Below the pieces are notes generated by a model, which worked only from the letters and a program-made list of their open reading frames with translations, searched no databases and was not told where the DNA came from. From Isorropodon fossajaponicum endosymbiont JTNG4 (lineage in GTDB: Bacteria > Pseudomonadota > Gammaproteobacteria > PS1 > Pseudothioglobaceae), in NCBI RefSeq assembly GCF_016592615.1, contig NZ_AP013043.1, positions 1,260,001-1,292,000 of the forward strand: a stretch of DNA of 32,000 nt, in the 5' to 3' direction. This document shows, piece by piece, positions 1 to 10,034 of the stretch. Each line of letters starts with the position of its first letter. Within the stretch, counting starts at the first letter, position 1. The translations under genes were made by a program, and so were the position numbers.

Positions 1-1144
1 TCCAATAAGTAATTGGCATTTTTTTGCGCAACCCACCCATTTTGCGAATGTCTTGCTGATGATGCATGGCAACAATGACTGAACCTGCGCCTAAAAATAA
101 CAGTGCCTTAAAAAATGCGTGTGTCATTAGGTGAAAAATTGCGACTGAATACGCACTCACACCTAGCGCAACCGTCATATAGCCCAATTGTGACAAAGTT
201 GAATAAGCCACCACTTTTTTAATATCATTTTGTACAATACCGAGCAACCCCATAAACAAAGCAGTAGTCGCACCTACAATCATAACCACTGTTAGCGCAA
301 CATCACTTAGTTCAAACATAGGTGACATACGCGATACCATAAAGATGCCTGCGGTTACCATGGTTGCTGCGTGAATTAGGGCTGAAATTGGCGTAGGGCC
401 TTCCATTGACCCTGGCAGCCAAACATGCAGTGGCACTTGTGCAGATTTGCCCATTGCGCCAACAAATAATAATAGGCAAATAATAGTAATAAGGTCTAAG
501 CCCCAAAGCTGTTGGTTCATTGTTTTATCAAGACTTGAAAATACTTCCATATAATCTAATGAGCCACTAAATGCCAATACCAAGCCAATGCCTAGTAAAA
601 AGCCAAAATCACCCACACGATTAACCAAAAAGGCTTTAAGATTTGCTTGTACCGCGCTTTCTTTGTGGTGCCAAAAACCAATTAATAAATATGAAACCAA
701 TCCAACCGCTTCCCAGCCAAAGAAAAGCTGCATAAAGTTATTACTCATCACTAACATGAACATCGAGAACGTGAACAGAGAAATATAACTAAAGAACCTC
801 GTATAACCTGTATCGTCATGCATATAGTCAATGGTATAAATATGCACCATGAGTGAGACAAAGGACACCACCACCAACATCACGGACGTTAAATTATCAA
901 TTAAAAAACCAACACTGGCGTTTAGATTATTAATTTGCATCCAAGTGTAGAGATTTTGATTAAAAACTTCGCCCTGCTCTAAAACGTGATAATTAAACAC
1001 ATACAAAGACAATACAGTTGAAATCAACACGCCTAAAATAGTCAGCACATGTGTGGCTGTTTTGCCGAGCATGGTGCCAAAAAATCCTGCAAGAATTGCG
1101 CCTACTAAAGGTGAGAGTGCAATTGTTAAATAAATATTTTCCAT
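1..1144 (-). CDS. nuoL: NADH-quinone oxidoreductase subunit L, N-terminal ~381 codons (gene continues beyond the left window edge)
   Basis: Absent from the ORF track because it has no stop in the window. My reverse-strand translation from ATG 1144-1142 reads MENIYLTIALSPLVGAILAGFFG...FGWEAVGLVSYLLIGFW...KSAQVPLHVWLPGSMEGPTPISALIHAATMVTAG...VAYSTLSQLGYM...HLMTHAFFKALLFLGAGSVI, classic NuoL/ND5 motifs. Position after nuoK fits operon order. Confidence 0.93.
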   Translation of the reverse strand, partial: MENIYLTIALSPLVGAILAGFFGTMLGKTATHVLTILGVLISTVLSLYVFNYHVLEQGEVFNQNLYTWMQINNLNASVGFLIDNLTSVMLVVVSFVSLMVHIYTIDYMHDDTGYTRFFSYISLFTFSMFMLVMSNNFMQLFFGWEAVGLVSYLLIGFWHHKESAVQANLKAFLVNRVGDFGFLLGIGLVLAFSGSLDYMEVFSSLDKTMNQQLWGLDLITIICLLLFVGAMGKSAQVPLHVWLPGSMEGPTPISALIHAATMVTAGIFMVSRMSPMFELSDVALTVVMIVGATTALFMGLLGIVQNDIKKVVAYSTLSQLGYMTVALGVSAYSVAIFHLMTHAFFKALLFLGAGSVIVAMHHQQDIRKMGGLRKKMPITYW

Positions 1145-1147
1145 GCT

Positions 1148-1378
1148 TTATTGATTGTTAATATCGTAAATAATCGTATCAAAGCTAAAATCTTGTCCAT
1201 TTTTCCATTCTATGCCATACTTAGTGGCATACACAGTACTAAAATAGCCTTTATTTTTAAGCTCTTTAAATGCACGCCCATTTAAATAGGGCTTTACATC
1301 AAAAACACCATTGATGGTTTGCATTTGGATTTCAATACAATAGTTATCTAATGGTTTTATGTTTAATACTTGTTCCAT
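1148..1378 (-). CDS. DUF2442-family small protein (76 aa), second gene of a DUF4160/DUF2442 pair inserted in the nuo operon
   Basis: ORF track. Pattern ...FDVKPYLNGRAFKELKNKGYFSTV...GIEWKNGQDFSFDTIIY matches my recollection of the DUF2442 consensus (pyl..g.F..L.d...F..v...g.i.Wpng.D..pd.ly). Stop 1148-1150 lies 3 nt before the nuoL ATG. Confidence 0.72.
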   Translation of the reverse strand: MEQVLNIKPLDNYCIEIQMQTINGVFDVKPYLNGRAFKELKNKGYFSTVYATKYGIEWKNGQDFSFDTIIYDINNQ

Positions 1379-1381
1379 TTT

Positions 1382-1597
1382 TTATCTAAGTGGTTTAATT
1401 TTAAAGACGTCATCACCTTTGGATGCTAAATTCCAATCTGCTATTAATTCTTCTTGATGAATTTCCATCCAAGCCTGAACCAATTTTATCTTTTTATTAG
1501 GAATTGAGCCGCTTAAAATTTCCCCAGTTTCAATTTCAAAGCTGACCTCAAATTTGCCGTATTCTGCGTGAATATGAGCAACATTTGATAATTCCAT
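1382..1597 (-). CDS. DUF4160-family small protein (71 aa as the open frame; the ancestral N-terminus appears displaced into another frame starting at 1619)
   Basis: ORF track. HIHAEYGKFEVSFEIETGEILSGSIPNKKIKLVQAWMEIHQEELIADW matches the recalled DUF4160 core (pPHfHa.y.e.ea...G.lp.k....v.eW...h..eL...W). A different frame starting at ATG 1619-1617 encodes MPVISMFYGII, the typical DUF4160 N-terminus. Confidence 0.68.
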   Translation of the reverse strand: MELSNVAHIHAEYGKFEVSFEIETGEILSGSIPNKKIKLVQAWMEIHQEELIADWNLASKGDDVFKIKPLR

Positions 1598-1621
1598 AAA
1601 ACATTGATATTACTGGCATGT

Positions 1622-1927
1622 CTACCCCTTTAAACTGTTAGTAACATCAACACTAATAGAACCGCGGTTTCTAAACAACAAGGTCAAAATCGCCAAACCA
1701 ATGGCAACCTCAGCTGCTGCTACCGTCAAAATAAAGAAAACAAAAATTTGCCCTGCTTCATCGCCTAAGAAATGTGAAAAGGCAATAAAATTGGTATTAA
1801 CAGCAACCAAAATTAACTCTACACACATTAACAGGGTAATGATATTGGTACGATTAACAAAAATACCCACCAAGCCAATGCAAAAAATAACACTACTTAG
1901 AATTAAATAATCACTCAAACTAACCAT
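1622..1927 (-). CDS. nuoK: NADH-quinone oxidoreductase subunit K
   Basis: 101-aa, three-TM protein typical of NuoK/ND4L, lying between nuoJ and nuoL. The nuoJ stop abuts its ATG. Confidence 0.94.
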   Translation of the reverse strand: MVSLSDYLILSSVIFCIGLVGIFVNRTNIITLLMCVELILVAVNTNFIAFSHFLGDEAGQIFVFFILTVAAAEVAIGLAILTLLFRNRGSISVDVTNSLKG

Positions 1928-2539
1928 TTATTTATCCCCCTTACTAGGCGAGGTGATTGAAACAAGCCTTACCCTATCTTTGGCTTGAACATTCACTTGC
2001 TCAGAAATAGATTGTTTTTTACGGCTGGTTTCGTTTCTGTGTACCAAAGTAATAGCGGCAATGATTGCAATCAATAACAACACTGCAGCAAGCTCAAATG
2101 GATAAACATAGGTGGTATAAAGTTGCATTGCCAATACCGTAATATTGCTATAATCTGCACCGTGACGCGCTGGAGCGCTGAACACGTCTAGCCCAAATTG
2201 ATTAGCGCCTAATACTAAGCTCATCTCGGCCACAATAATAGCAGCAACAATAAGCCCCAACGGCAAATAGCCTGCAAATTTTGCCCTGAGTGTTGATTTG
2301 TCGATATTAAGCATTTTAATCACGAATAAAAACAACACCATGACCGCACCAACATAAACCAAAATCAAAGTAATGGCTAAAAATTCAGCCTCCAATAAAA
2401 TCCAAATACTGGCAGCACTAAAAAATGCCAGTACCAAAAATAAAACCGCCTTTGCTGCATTGCGTGAAAAAATCATCGCCAAGGAACTAGCGACAAACCA
2501 AAATGAAAGAATATAAAATATTATTTGTTCGGATTCCAT
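1928..2539 (-). CDS. nuoJ: NADH-quinone oxidoreductase subunit J
   Basis: 203-aa hydrophobic protein in the operon position between nuoI and nuoK; NuoJ/ND6-like. Confidence 0.93.
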   Translation of the reverse strand: MESEQIIFYILSFWFVASSLAMIFSRNAAKAVLFLVLAFFSAASIWILLEAEFLAITLILVYVGAVMVLFLFVIKMLNIDKSTLRAKFAGYLPLGLIVAAIIVAEMSLVLGANQFGLDVFSAPARHGADYSNITVLAMQLYTTYVYPFELAAVLLLIAIIAAITLVHRNETSRKKQSISEQVNVQAKDRVRLVSITSPSKGDK

Positions 2540-2548
2540 GCTCTACCT

Positions 2549-3049
2549 TTATTTATACTTAGCGTCTTCAAGCCTAGCTTGGTTAATGGCTTGTTCATTT
2601 TGACTGCCTACTTCCAAAAGGCGCTCCTTAGTCATAATACTACCTTGTCTTGACTCAAATGCATAATCAAAAATTTGTGTCTCAACAATTGCATCAACAG
2701 GACAAGCCTCTTCGCAAAATCCGCAAAAAATGCACTTAAATAAATCAATATCATACACAGTAGTGCGACGTGTGCCATCATCTCTCATTTCAGATTCAAT
2801 GGTAATGGCGTTCGCCGGACAAACGGCTTCGCACAATTTACAAGCAATACAGCGTTCTTCACCATTGGGATAGCGACGTAGTGCATGCAAACCTCTAAAA
2901 CGTGGCGATATCGGGGTTCTTTCTTCTGGGAATTGGACGGTAATTTTTTTGTTAACCAACTCTTTAGCAGTAATTTTCAGCCCAGTGCGTAACTCGCTTA
3001 GGGTGAAATCTTTAACCAATTTACTTAATTTTTTAATCATAAAATGCAC
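2549..3049 (-). CDS. nuoI: NADH-quinone oxidoreductase subunit I (2x[4Fe-4S] ferredoxin-type)
   Basis: Two CxxCxxCxxxCP motifs ([24 protein letters not shown]). Start could instead be the fourth codon (MIKKL, 3040). Confidence 0.95.
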   Translation of the reverse strand: MHFMIKKLSKLVKDFTLSELRTGLKITAKELVNKKITVQFPEERTPISPRFRGLHALRRYPNGEERCIACKLCEAVCPANAITIESEMRDDGTRRTTVYDIDLFKCIFCGFCEEACPVDAIVETQIFDYAFESRQGSIMTKERLLEVGSQNEQAINQARLEDAKYK

Positions 3050-3053
3050 TCAC

Positions 3054-4127
3054 TTAGAACCATGGTCCTAATTTTAATTGGGTCATTAACGCCACAACAA
3101 ATATCCAAATAATGGTGATTGGTAAAAACACTTTCCAAGACAAGCGCATAATTTGGTCGTATCTAAAGCGTGGAAAAGTAGCACGCACCCATAAATATAA
3201 AAACATAAAGAAGGTTGTTTTCGCCAACAACCAAACAATGCCCGGTACCCAAGCAAATGCGCTTTCAAGATAGGGAATAGCTTCAAAAGGAGAATGCCAG
3301 CCACCAAAGAACATCACCACAGCAAGCACCGCCATTAAAATCATATTGGCATATTCTGCTAAGAAAAATACTGCAAACGTCATGCCCGAATATTCAACAT
3401 GTGTGCCACCAACAATTTCTGACTCACCTTCTACAACATCAAAAGGCGCACGATTGGTTTCTACAAGGGCTGAGATAAAAAAGATAATCATCATCGGAAA
3501 CAAAGGAATAAAGTACCAATGAATAATGCCGCCTTGTTGTGCTTGAACAATGGTGTTTAAATTAACACTACCAGCAATCATCACAACTGTTACCAATGCA
3601 AAACCAATGACAATTTCATACGAAACCAGCAAAGATGCACTTCTAAGTGCGCCTAATAGTGGGTATTTGGAATTAGACGCCCAGCCTGCCAAAATAATGC
3701 CGTAAACCCCAATAGAGCCAATCGCCAAAACATACAACAAGCTAATATCTAGATTGGTGACATAAATACCTTCATCAAATGGAATCACTGCCCATACTGC
3801 AATGGCAGGTGCAATCGCCAATACAGGTGCCAGTAAAAATAGATAAATATTTGCCTTAGTCGGAAAAATGATTTCCTTGGTCATTAGCTTTAAAGCATCA
3901 GCAATAGGCTGCAACCAACCTTTTGGACCAACACGATTAGGTCCGATACGTAATTGCATATAGCCAATCACTTTGCGTTCAGCGTAAGTGAAATACGCCA
4001 CCACTAACATCAGCGGCATCACCAAAGCAATTGCCTTAATCAAAATAATTAAAATACTAGCCACTGTGCCATCAAGCCAAGGAATCAGCGTATGCAACAT
4101 TTGCACAAAGGCTTGCCAAAGCTCCAT
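3054..4127 (-). CDS. nuoH: NADH-quinone oxidoreductase subunit H
   Basis: NuoH/ND1 motifs ([30 protein letters not shown]-like [16 protein letters not shown]). I place the start at ATG 4127-4125 (MELWQAF...), which shares one base with the nuoG TAA at 4127-4129. The ORF-track start at 4178 would overlap nuoG by 52 nt. Confidence 0.92.
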   Translation of the reverse strand: MELWQAFVQMLHTLIPWLDGTVASILIILIKAIALVMPLMLVVAYFTYAERKVIGYMQLRIGPNRVGPKGWLQPIADALKLMTKEIIFPTKANIYLFLLAPVLAIAPAIAVWAVIPFDEGIYVTNLDISLLYVLAIGSIGVYGIILAGWASNSKYPLLGALRSASLLVSYEIVIGFALVTVVMIAGSVNLNTIVQAQQGGIIHWYFIPLFPMMIIFFISALVETNRAPFDVVEGESEIVGGTHVEYSGMTFAVFFLAEYANMILMAVLAVVMFFGGWHSPFEAIPYLESAFAWVPGIVWLLAKTTFFMFLYLWVRATFPRFRYDQIMRLSWKVFLPITIIWIFVVALMTQLKLGPWF

Positions 4128-6382
4128 TACGCTTGCTCCTGAGTGTTGGTTGCATGATTGGTATTGATAAATACACAATCATCTGCCACTACACTAGTGA
4201 TCACCACAGGCACCCCTAAATATTTATCATTGGCTGATAAGCCTAATATTTCAGCACTTGCTGGGTTCATGTAAGCGCTGTTCATTTGTCCGATTTTAGT
4301 TTTTTGCAATGCACTACTGTGTCTTAATACAGCATCAATGCTGTAAGGTGAACTTTGCCAAATTGTGCTAATACCATTATGTTTACTAGCCAGATTGATG
4401 CACTCATCATGGATATGTTTTGCATGTGGTTGATGAGATATTTCAGCCACAACCTGGGTAGAGTCTACATAATGAAAGCCTGGCAATTCTAATAAATCAG
4501 CCATGACTTTTAAGACCTTCCAAGCAGGTTTGACTTCATTTGGTGCTTTAACTGCTGCCGTATAGGATTGCATATCGTTGTTAATATTAAGCTGCGTTCC
4601 TGAAGTTTCATAAATACTGGCAATCGGCAAAATAACATCTGAATAGCCAGCAACGGTATTGTCTTTAAAACTATTTAAAGAAATGACAAAAGTATCCTCT
4701 GGTGTGAAGGCTTTAACGGCTGTGTCTAAATCATGAAAATCGTACTGCGGATAAATGTCTAACAAAATAAAGCCACGCATATCAGACGCAAGCATCGTAT
4801 TAACATCCATGCCAGAGTTTTGCGGCACAAACCCAACCAAATTAGCCGCTATAGTGTTTGCTGTTACACTTAAATTAAGTGTTTTACTATTAGTATTGTG
4901 AGCAATTTGGGTGACTAGATTAGCAATGACTGAAGCATCTTCATTGTTAACAACATGCTCACCTAAAATAATAACCGAACTGTTAGAATTTAACAACTTA
5001 GAAGCTATATTATTAGCAACTTCATCAACCTCAACAGTTGTCAAATAATCAGGCAACTCTTGAACATTACTGGTCATAACTGACTTAAGCACACTTGCCA
5101 ACGTAGACGCTATTTTGCTTGGCGCGGTAATATTTTCAGTATTAAGCGGATAGTTAAAATCAAATGCCATTACATTTAATACATCAATATCAGCGCTTTT
5201 TTTTGTGGCTTTGCGCAAACGATGATTAATCATGGGTTGCTCTAATCGAATGTTAGCGCCTACAATAAGGGCGTAATCTATCCTTTCCAATGCATCTAAT
5301 TTGATGTTTGAACCAAGTACAATAGCATTGTCTAAGTTTTTAACATTTAAACGATGGTCAATATTGTCACAACCAACTTCTGTTAGGATTTTTTTCAATA
5401 AATAAAGTTCTTCCATGGTTGCTGTGCTTGATGCTAAAGCACCTAATTGATTGGCTTTTTGATGCTTTAAAACATGACTATTGAGTCCTTTTATAGCATA
5501 ATCCAATGCCGCCTTCCAGCTCACTTGTTTCCACTGTCCTTGGACTTTAATTTGAGGCTCTAACAATCTATTTTCGTGCGTTAAGCCCTCATACGAAAAG
5601 CGATCACGATCAGAAATCCAAGTTTCATTAACTGCATCATTATCAGCAGACACAACTCGTTTAACCTTGCCTTTATAAGTTTGCACAAACAGATTTGAAC
5701 CCACTAAATCATGCCTTGCGACACTAGGCATTGAATGCATCTGCCACGACCTTAACTCATATCTAAATGGCTTAGAGGTGAGTGCGCCGACTGGACAAAC
5801 ATCAATCATATTGCCTGACAATTCAGATTGAATACCTTCTCTCAAAAATGGCTCAATCTTTAAATGCTCACCTCGTCCAGTACCGCCCATCTCCATCATG
5901 CCAGCAATTTCTAAACCAAAACGCACGCAACGCGTGCAATGAATACAACGTGTCATATCCGTTTGGATGAGTGCGCCAATATCACTATCTGGCACAATGC
6001 GTTTGCCTTCTGAAAAACAAGAAACATCTGAGCCATATTCAACAGCCACATCTTGCAACTCACATTCGCCACCTTGGTCACAAATTGGGCAATCAAGCGG
6101 ATGGTTAATGAGTAAAAATTCCATCACTGCCTTTTGACTAGCTTTGGCTTTGTCATTCTGTGTGTGGACTTTCATACCCTCATTCACAGGCGTAGAGCAC
6201 GCAGGCTGTGGCTTGGGCGCGCCTTCCACATCTACCAAACACATCCGACAAGAGGCAGCTACTGAGAGTTTTTTATGATAGCAAAATCTTGGCACACTAA
6301 TGCCTTCTCTATCAGTCACCTGAATGAGCATTTCACCTGCTTTGGCTTTGACTACACTGCCATTAATTTCAATTTCTATCAT
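4127..6382 (-). CDS. nuoG: NADH-quinone oxidoreductase subunit G (751 aa)
   Basis: N-terminal 2Fe-2S and 4Fe-4S cysteine clusters ([42 protein letters not shown]) followed by a molybdopterin-like domain. Confidence 0.95.
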   Translation of the reverse strand: MIEIEINGSVVKAKAGEMLIQVTDREGISVPRFCYHKKLSVAASCRMCLVDVEGAPKPQPACSTPVNEGMKVHTQNDKAKASQKAVMEFLLINHPLDCPICDQGGECELQDVAVEYGSDVSCFSEGKRIVPDSDIGALIQTDMTRCIHCTRCVRFGLEIAGMMEMGGTGRGEHLKIEPFLREGIQSELSGNMIDVCPVGALTSKPFRYELRSWQMHSMPSVARHDLVGSNLFVQTYKGKVKRVVSADNDAVNETWISDRDRFSYEGLTHENRLLEPQIKVQGQWKQVSWKAALDYAIKGLNSHVLKHQKANQLGALASSTATMEELYLLKKILTEVGCDNIDHRLNVKNLDNAIVLGSNIKLDALERIDYALIVGANIRLEQPMINHRLRKATKKSADIDVLNVMAFDFNYPLNTENITAPSKIASTLASVLKSVMTSNVQELPDYLTTVEVDEVANNIASKLLNSNSSVIILGEHVVNNEDASVIANLVTQIAHNTNSKTLNLSVTANTIAANLVGFVPQNSGMDVNTMLASDMRGFILLDIYPQYDFHDLDTAVKAFTPEDTFVISLNSFKDNTVAGYSDVILPIASIYETSGTQLNINNDMQSYTAAVKAPNEVKPAWKVLKVMADLLELPGFHYVDSTQVVAEISHQPHAKHIHDECINLASKHNGISTIWQSSPYSIDAVLRHSSALQKTKIGQMNSAYMNPASAEILGLSANDKYLGVPVVITSVVADDCVFINTNHATNTQEQA

Positions 6383-6640
6383 AATTCTTTTAATACTTCG
6401 TATTGCTTTTTAATGTTGTCTTTAAAATAATTAGGAATTCTATCTCCAATCCAATACATCTATCAAAAATGGGATATTAGACTCCTTTAAATCATCCTTA
6501 AAGTGCATAAACTCTTCAAAATCAAGTGGCTTGTCATCTTTGGTTTTCACCACCAAATCTAAATCACTGCCATTACAAGCATCGCCATTAACCCTACTTC
6601 CAAAACAACCAATCGATATATTCTTTCTTGATAAAGAAAC
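6379..6640 (-). pseudogene. Remnant of an HI0073-like minimal nucleotidyltransferase (MNT, DNA-polymerase-beta superfamily); 5'-truncated and frameshifted
   Basis: My translation of a frame not in the ORF track: ...ISIGCFGSRVNGDACNGSDLDLVVKTKDDKPLDFEEFMHFKDDLKESNIPFLIDVLDWR then TAG (6440-6442). One base later it resumes as [20 protein letters not shown] then TGA (6379-6381). GS...DxD NTase motif. The frame is closed upstream by TGA 6641-6643 with no start codon. Confidence 0.7.
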
Positions 6641-7038
6641 TCATTTTCTTTATTAGAGATATTATTAAATGTCCAATTAATAACGCCATGATAGCCTGGA
6701 TCTACCACTGTAGAATTAGTTACAATTCCTTCTCTTGACAAATCTGTTACTGGAAACATATAAGTAAATAAATCGCATTTTGGATATAGTTTATGAACTG
6801 CATCTCTACGAAAATCAAGTGTTTCAAATGACATAATCGCAACTGAATTACCTGTAGGTAATTTAAAGCCTTCCTTGTGTTTACTGATATCAAACTCTTT
6901 GCCTATATGCATGTATTCTCCTTTAGCGGCTAAACGCAAAATATAGGCATTAGAACGAACACGACTCTCATCGCCATTGATAATAATGTTATTATCAATC
7001 AATTTTTTTAGTTCAATATCATTTAATGTTTTTGCCAT
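6559..7038 (-). CDS. dCTP deaminase/dUTPase-fold protein (159 aa), probably 3'-truncated; inserted between nuoF and nuoG
   Basis: LNDIELKKLIDNNIIINGDE...SNAYILRLA, FKLPTGNSVAIMSFETLDF and TDLSREGIVTNSTVVDPGYHGVINWTFNNISNKENEFLYQERIYRLVVLE align by eye with E. coli Dcd blocks (CDRDIEAWLDEG...VDVRLG; LHPGELALAVTLESVTL; SSLARLGLMVH...[35 protein letters not shown]). The last ~27 codons overlap the NTase remnant out of frame. Confidence 0.62.
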   Translation of the reverse strand: MAKTLNDIELKKLIDNNIIINGDESRVRSNAYILRLAAKGEYMHIGKEFDISKHKEGFKLPTGNSVAIMSFETLDFRRDAVHKLYPKCDLFTYMFPVTDLSREGIVTNSTVVDPGYHGVINWTFNNISNKENEFLYQERIYRLVVLEVGLMAMLVMAVI

Positions 7039-7044
7039 TTTTTT

Positions 7045-8313
7045 CTACCCTCTCACTATGCTTTTACCGTGTTCAATGTAATATTCAAACTCTTCACGGA
7101 AACACCGTAAAAAACTTTCCACTGGCATTGCTGCAGCATCACCGAGTGCGCAAATGGTGTTGCCCATAATTTTATCTTGTACGCTTAATAATAAGTCAGT
7201 ATCGCCCTGTTTACCATTGCCATCAATAATGCGTTTTAATACGCGATATAGCCAACCTGTACCTTCACGACAAGGGGTGCATTGTCCACAAGACTCATCA
7301 TAATAAAAATGTGCCAATCTTGTTAGCACTTCTACCATGCAAGTTGACTCATCCATAATAATAACTGAGCCTGCGCCGAGCATTGAGCCTGCTTTTTCAA
7401 TACCGTCATAATCCATGGTCATGTTCATAGCAACTTCTGCGGTGAGTACTGGGGTTGATGAGCCACCTGGAATCACGGCTTTTAACTTAGCACCGTCACG
7501 CATGCCACCTGCCATCTTGAGTAAATCTTTAAAAGGTATGCCCATAGGCACTTCAAAATTTGCCGGATTTTTAACATGACCTGAGATTGAAAATAACTTA
7601 CAACCACCAGAGTTTTCAACGCCGATATCTGCAAACCACTGCCCGCCACGGCTTAGAATTTCAGGCACACTTGCAAAACTCTCAGTATTGTTAATCGTAG
7701 TGGGTTTGCCAAACAATCCTACATTAGCAGGAAATGGCGGCTTAAATCTAGGCTGACCTTTCTTACCTTCAATAGATTCTAACAAAGCAGTTTCTTCACC
7801 ACAAATATAAGCGCCTGCGCCTAAGTGTGTGTACAAATCAAAATTAACTGAACTTTTGTTAATATTTTGACCTAGTAATCCTGCCTCATACACCTCTTTT
7901 AACGCATATTCAAAGCGATAAAACGGTTCCATAAATTCACCGCGGATATAATTATAACCGACACTAGCGTTCATAACAAAGCCACCAATTGCCATGCCTT
8001 CAATCACGGCGTGTGGATTAAACCTTAAAATATCTCTGTCTTTACAAGTGCCTGGCTCACCCTCGTCTGAATTGCAAACCACGTATTTCTGCCCATCAGA
8101 ATGACGTGGCATAAAGCTCCATTTAAGTCCAGTGGGAAACCCGGCACCACCACGACCACGCAAGCCTGAGGCTTTAAGCTCATCAATAATGTGTTCAGGT
8201 GTTAACTGACCTTTTATGATTTTGCGCCAGACTGAATAGCCACCACTGGCTTCATAAGTCTTGAGCGAGTAGCACTGGTCTTTGGTCAAATTTTTAAAGC
8301 AAACCTCGTTCAT
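7045..8313 (-). CDS. nuoF: NADH-quinone oxidoreductase subunit F (NADH/FMN-binding)
   Basis: [28 protein letters not shown] and [12 protein letters not shown] motifs. Confidence 0.97.
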   Translation of the reverse strand: MNEVCFKNLTKDQCYSLKTYEASGGYSVWRKIIKGQLTPEHIIDELKASGLRGRGGAGFPTGLKWSFMPRHSDGQKYVVCNSDEGEPGTCKDRDILRFNPHAVIEGMAIGGFVMNASVGYNYIRGEFMEPFYRFEYALKEVYEAGLLGQNINKSSVNFDLYTHLGAGAYICGEETALLESIEGKKGQPRFKPPFPANVGLFGKPTTINNTESFASVPEILSRGGQWFADIGVENSGGCKLFSISGHVKNPANFEVPMGIPFKDLLKMAGGMRDGAKLKAVIPGGSSTPVLTAEVAMNMTMDYDGIEKAGSMLGAGSVIIMDESTCMVEVLTRLAHFYYDESCGQCTPCREGTGWLYRVLKRIIDGNGKQGDTDLLLSVQDKIMGNTICALGDAAAMPVESFLRCFREEFEYYIEHGKSIVRG

Positions 8314-8783
8314 TTGAGGTTGTCCAAAATTTGATCAATTTTATCAGCCGTTAAATTTTCAAAATATTCATCATTAATTTGAAACATTGGCGCGCCCACA
8401 CAAGCACCCAAACACTCAACTTTTTTAACACTAATCAAGCCATCAGGTGTTATTTCACCCGTTCTAACGCCCAATTTATTTTCCAAATGCGTAATTAAAT
8501 CATCAGCACCATTCAACATACATGAAATATTATGACAAAAACGAATCACATGTTTGCCGACTTTTTTATGATTATAATTTTCATAAAAAGTTGCCACTTC
8601 TTGAGCAGCAATACCTGGCATATCTAAATAATCAGCCACTGCTTGAATCGTATCAGCACTCAATTTGTTTTCATTTTCTGCTTGAACAATTTTTAAAGCT
8701 TGCATAACAGCAGAGCTTTTCCTGTCTTTTGGATATTTTGCAATCCAAGTGTCAATTTGTTTTTTTGCGTCAATTGAAATCAT
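8310..8783 (-). CDS. nuoE: NADH-quinone oxidoreductase subunit E (2Fe-2S)
   Basis: 157 aa with [10 protein letters not shown]...[11 protein letters not shown], the NuoE/24-kDa pattern. 4-nt overlaps on both sides. Confidence 0.95.
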   Translation of the reverse strand: MISIDAKKQIDTWIAKYPKDRKSSAVMQALKIVQAENENKLSADTIQAVADYLDMPGIAAQEVATFYENYNHKKVGKHVIRFCHNISCMLNGADDLITHLENKLGVRTGEITPDGLISVKKVECLGACVGAPMFQINDEYFENLTADKIDQILDNLK

Positions 8784-10033
8784 CTGTCTATCTCACCAAA
8801 TACAACATCTTGCGTGCCAATAATAGTCACAACGTCTGACAACATATGCCCTCTTACCATCTCATCCATAGCGGCCAAATGCGCAAAACCAGGTGCTCTA
8901 ACTTTGACTCTGTAAGGCTTATTGGCACCATCAGAAATCAAATATATACCAAACTCACCCTTTGGATGTTCGATAGCGCGATACACTTCACCTTCTGGCA
9001 AGCAGTAACCTTCAGTAAACAATTTAAAGTGATGAATTAAAGACTCCATGTCATCTTTCATATCAGTGCGTTTTGGGGGTGATACCTTGTGATCATCGCT
9101 CATGACTGCGCCTGGATTTTCTTGTAGCCACTTAACGCATTGTTTAATAATATGGTTTGATTGGCGCATTTCTTCCATGCGTACTAAATAACGATCATAA
9201 CTGTCGCCTGTTACGCCCACTGGAATATCAAACTCTAATTGGTCATAAACCGCATAAGGCTGGTTTTTCCTCAAATCCCACGCCACACCAGAGCCTCTAA
9301 GCATAGGACCTGTAAATCCTAGTTGCTTGGCACGATTGGCAGAAACAATGCCAATATTCACTAGGCGTTGTTTCCAAATACGATTGTCTGTTAATAAGTC
9401 ATCATACTGCTTGATACTTTTAGGGAATTCTTTAACAAAATCAGCAATAAAATCTAACAATGAACCTTGGCGATTTTCATTCATGGCCTTTAATTCTTTA
9501 TCCGTGCGAAAACCTGAGGCTAAATATTGTGGCATTTTATCTGGCAAATCTCGATAAACACCGCCTGGACGATAATAAGTTGCATGCATGCGTGAGCCTG
9601 ATACTGCCTCATAACAATCAATCAATTTTTCACGTTCACGAAATGCGTATAAGAAAATACTCATCGCACCCACATCAAGTCCGTGCGTGCCTAACCACAT
9701 TAAATGGTTAAGAATTCGGGTAATTTCGTCAAACATTACTCGGATATACTGAGCACGCTCAGGCACTTTGATACCTAACATGGTTTCAATTGCCATGACA
9801 TAAGCGTGTTCGTTACACATCATTGAAACATAATCAAGCCTGTCCATATAACCAATTGATTGGTTGTATGGCTTTGATTCTACTAATTTTTCTGTACCAC
9901 GATGTAATAAACCGATATGTGGATCAGCGCGTTCAATCACCTCGCCATCGATTTCTAAAATAAGGCGCAACACACCGTGCGCTGCAGGATGTTGAGGGCC
10001 AAAATTAAGCGTATAGTTACGAATTTCAGCCAT
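8780..10033 (-). CDS. nuoD: NADH-quinone oxidoreductase subunit D
   Basis: [27 protein letters not shown] and C-terminal DVVFGEIDR. Confidence 0.97.
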   Translation of the reverse strand: MAEIRNYTLNFGPQHPAAHGVLRLILEIDGEVIERADPHIGLLHRGTEKLVESKPYNQSIGYMDRLDYVSMMCNEHAYVMAIETMLGIKVPERAQYIRVMFDEITRILNHLMWLGTHGLDVGAMSIFLYAFREREKLIDCYEAVSGSRMHATYYRPGGVYRDLPDKMPQYLASGFRTDKELKAMNENRQGSLLDFIADFVKEFPKSIKQYDDLLTDNRIWKQRLVNIGIVSANRAKQLGFTGPMLRGSGVAWDLRKNQPYAVYDQLEFDIPVGVTGDSYDRYLVRMEEMRQSNHIIKQCVKWLQENPGAVMSDDHKVSPPKRTDMKDDMESLIHHFKLFTEGYCLPEGEVYRAIEHPKGEFGIYLISDGANKPYRVKVRAPGFAHLAAMDEMVRGHMLSDVVTIIGTQDVVFGEIDR

Positions 10034-10034
10034 T

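Noticed and set aside
312-788. ORFs 312-506(-) and 588-788(+) at the left edge.
   Set aside because: Both lie inside the nuoL coding region in wrong frames. The nuoL frame gives a continuous, highly conserved translation.
1701-1910. 69-aa plus-strand ORF.
   Set aside because: Antisense to nuoK; shadow ORF.
3086-3307. 73-aa minus-strand ORF.
   Set aside because: Out-of-frame within nuoH.
4128-4178. 17-codon N-terminal extension of nuoH ([17 protein letters not shown]).
   Set aside because: It overlaps the 3' end of nuoG. The ATG at 4127 gives the usual stop-start overlap and a NuoH-like N-terminus.
5782-5970. 62-aa plus-strand ORF.
   Set aside because: Antisense within nuoG.
8522-9711. Plus-strand ORFs 8522-8707, 8846-9040, 9327-9557 and 9460-9711.
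   Set aside because: Antisense within nuoE and nuoD; no features of their own.
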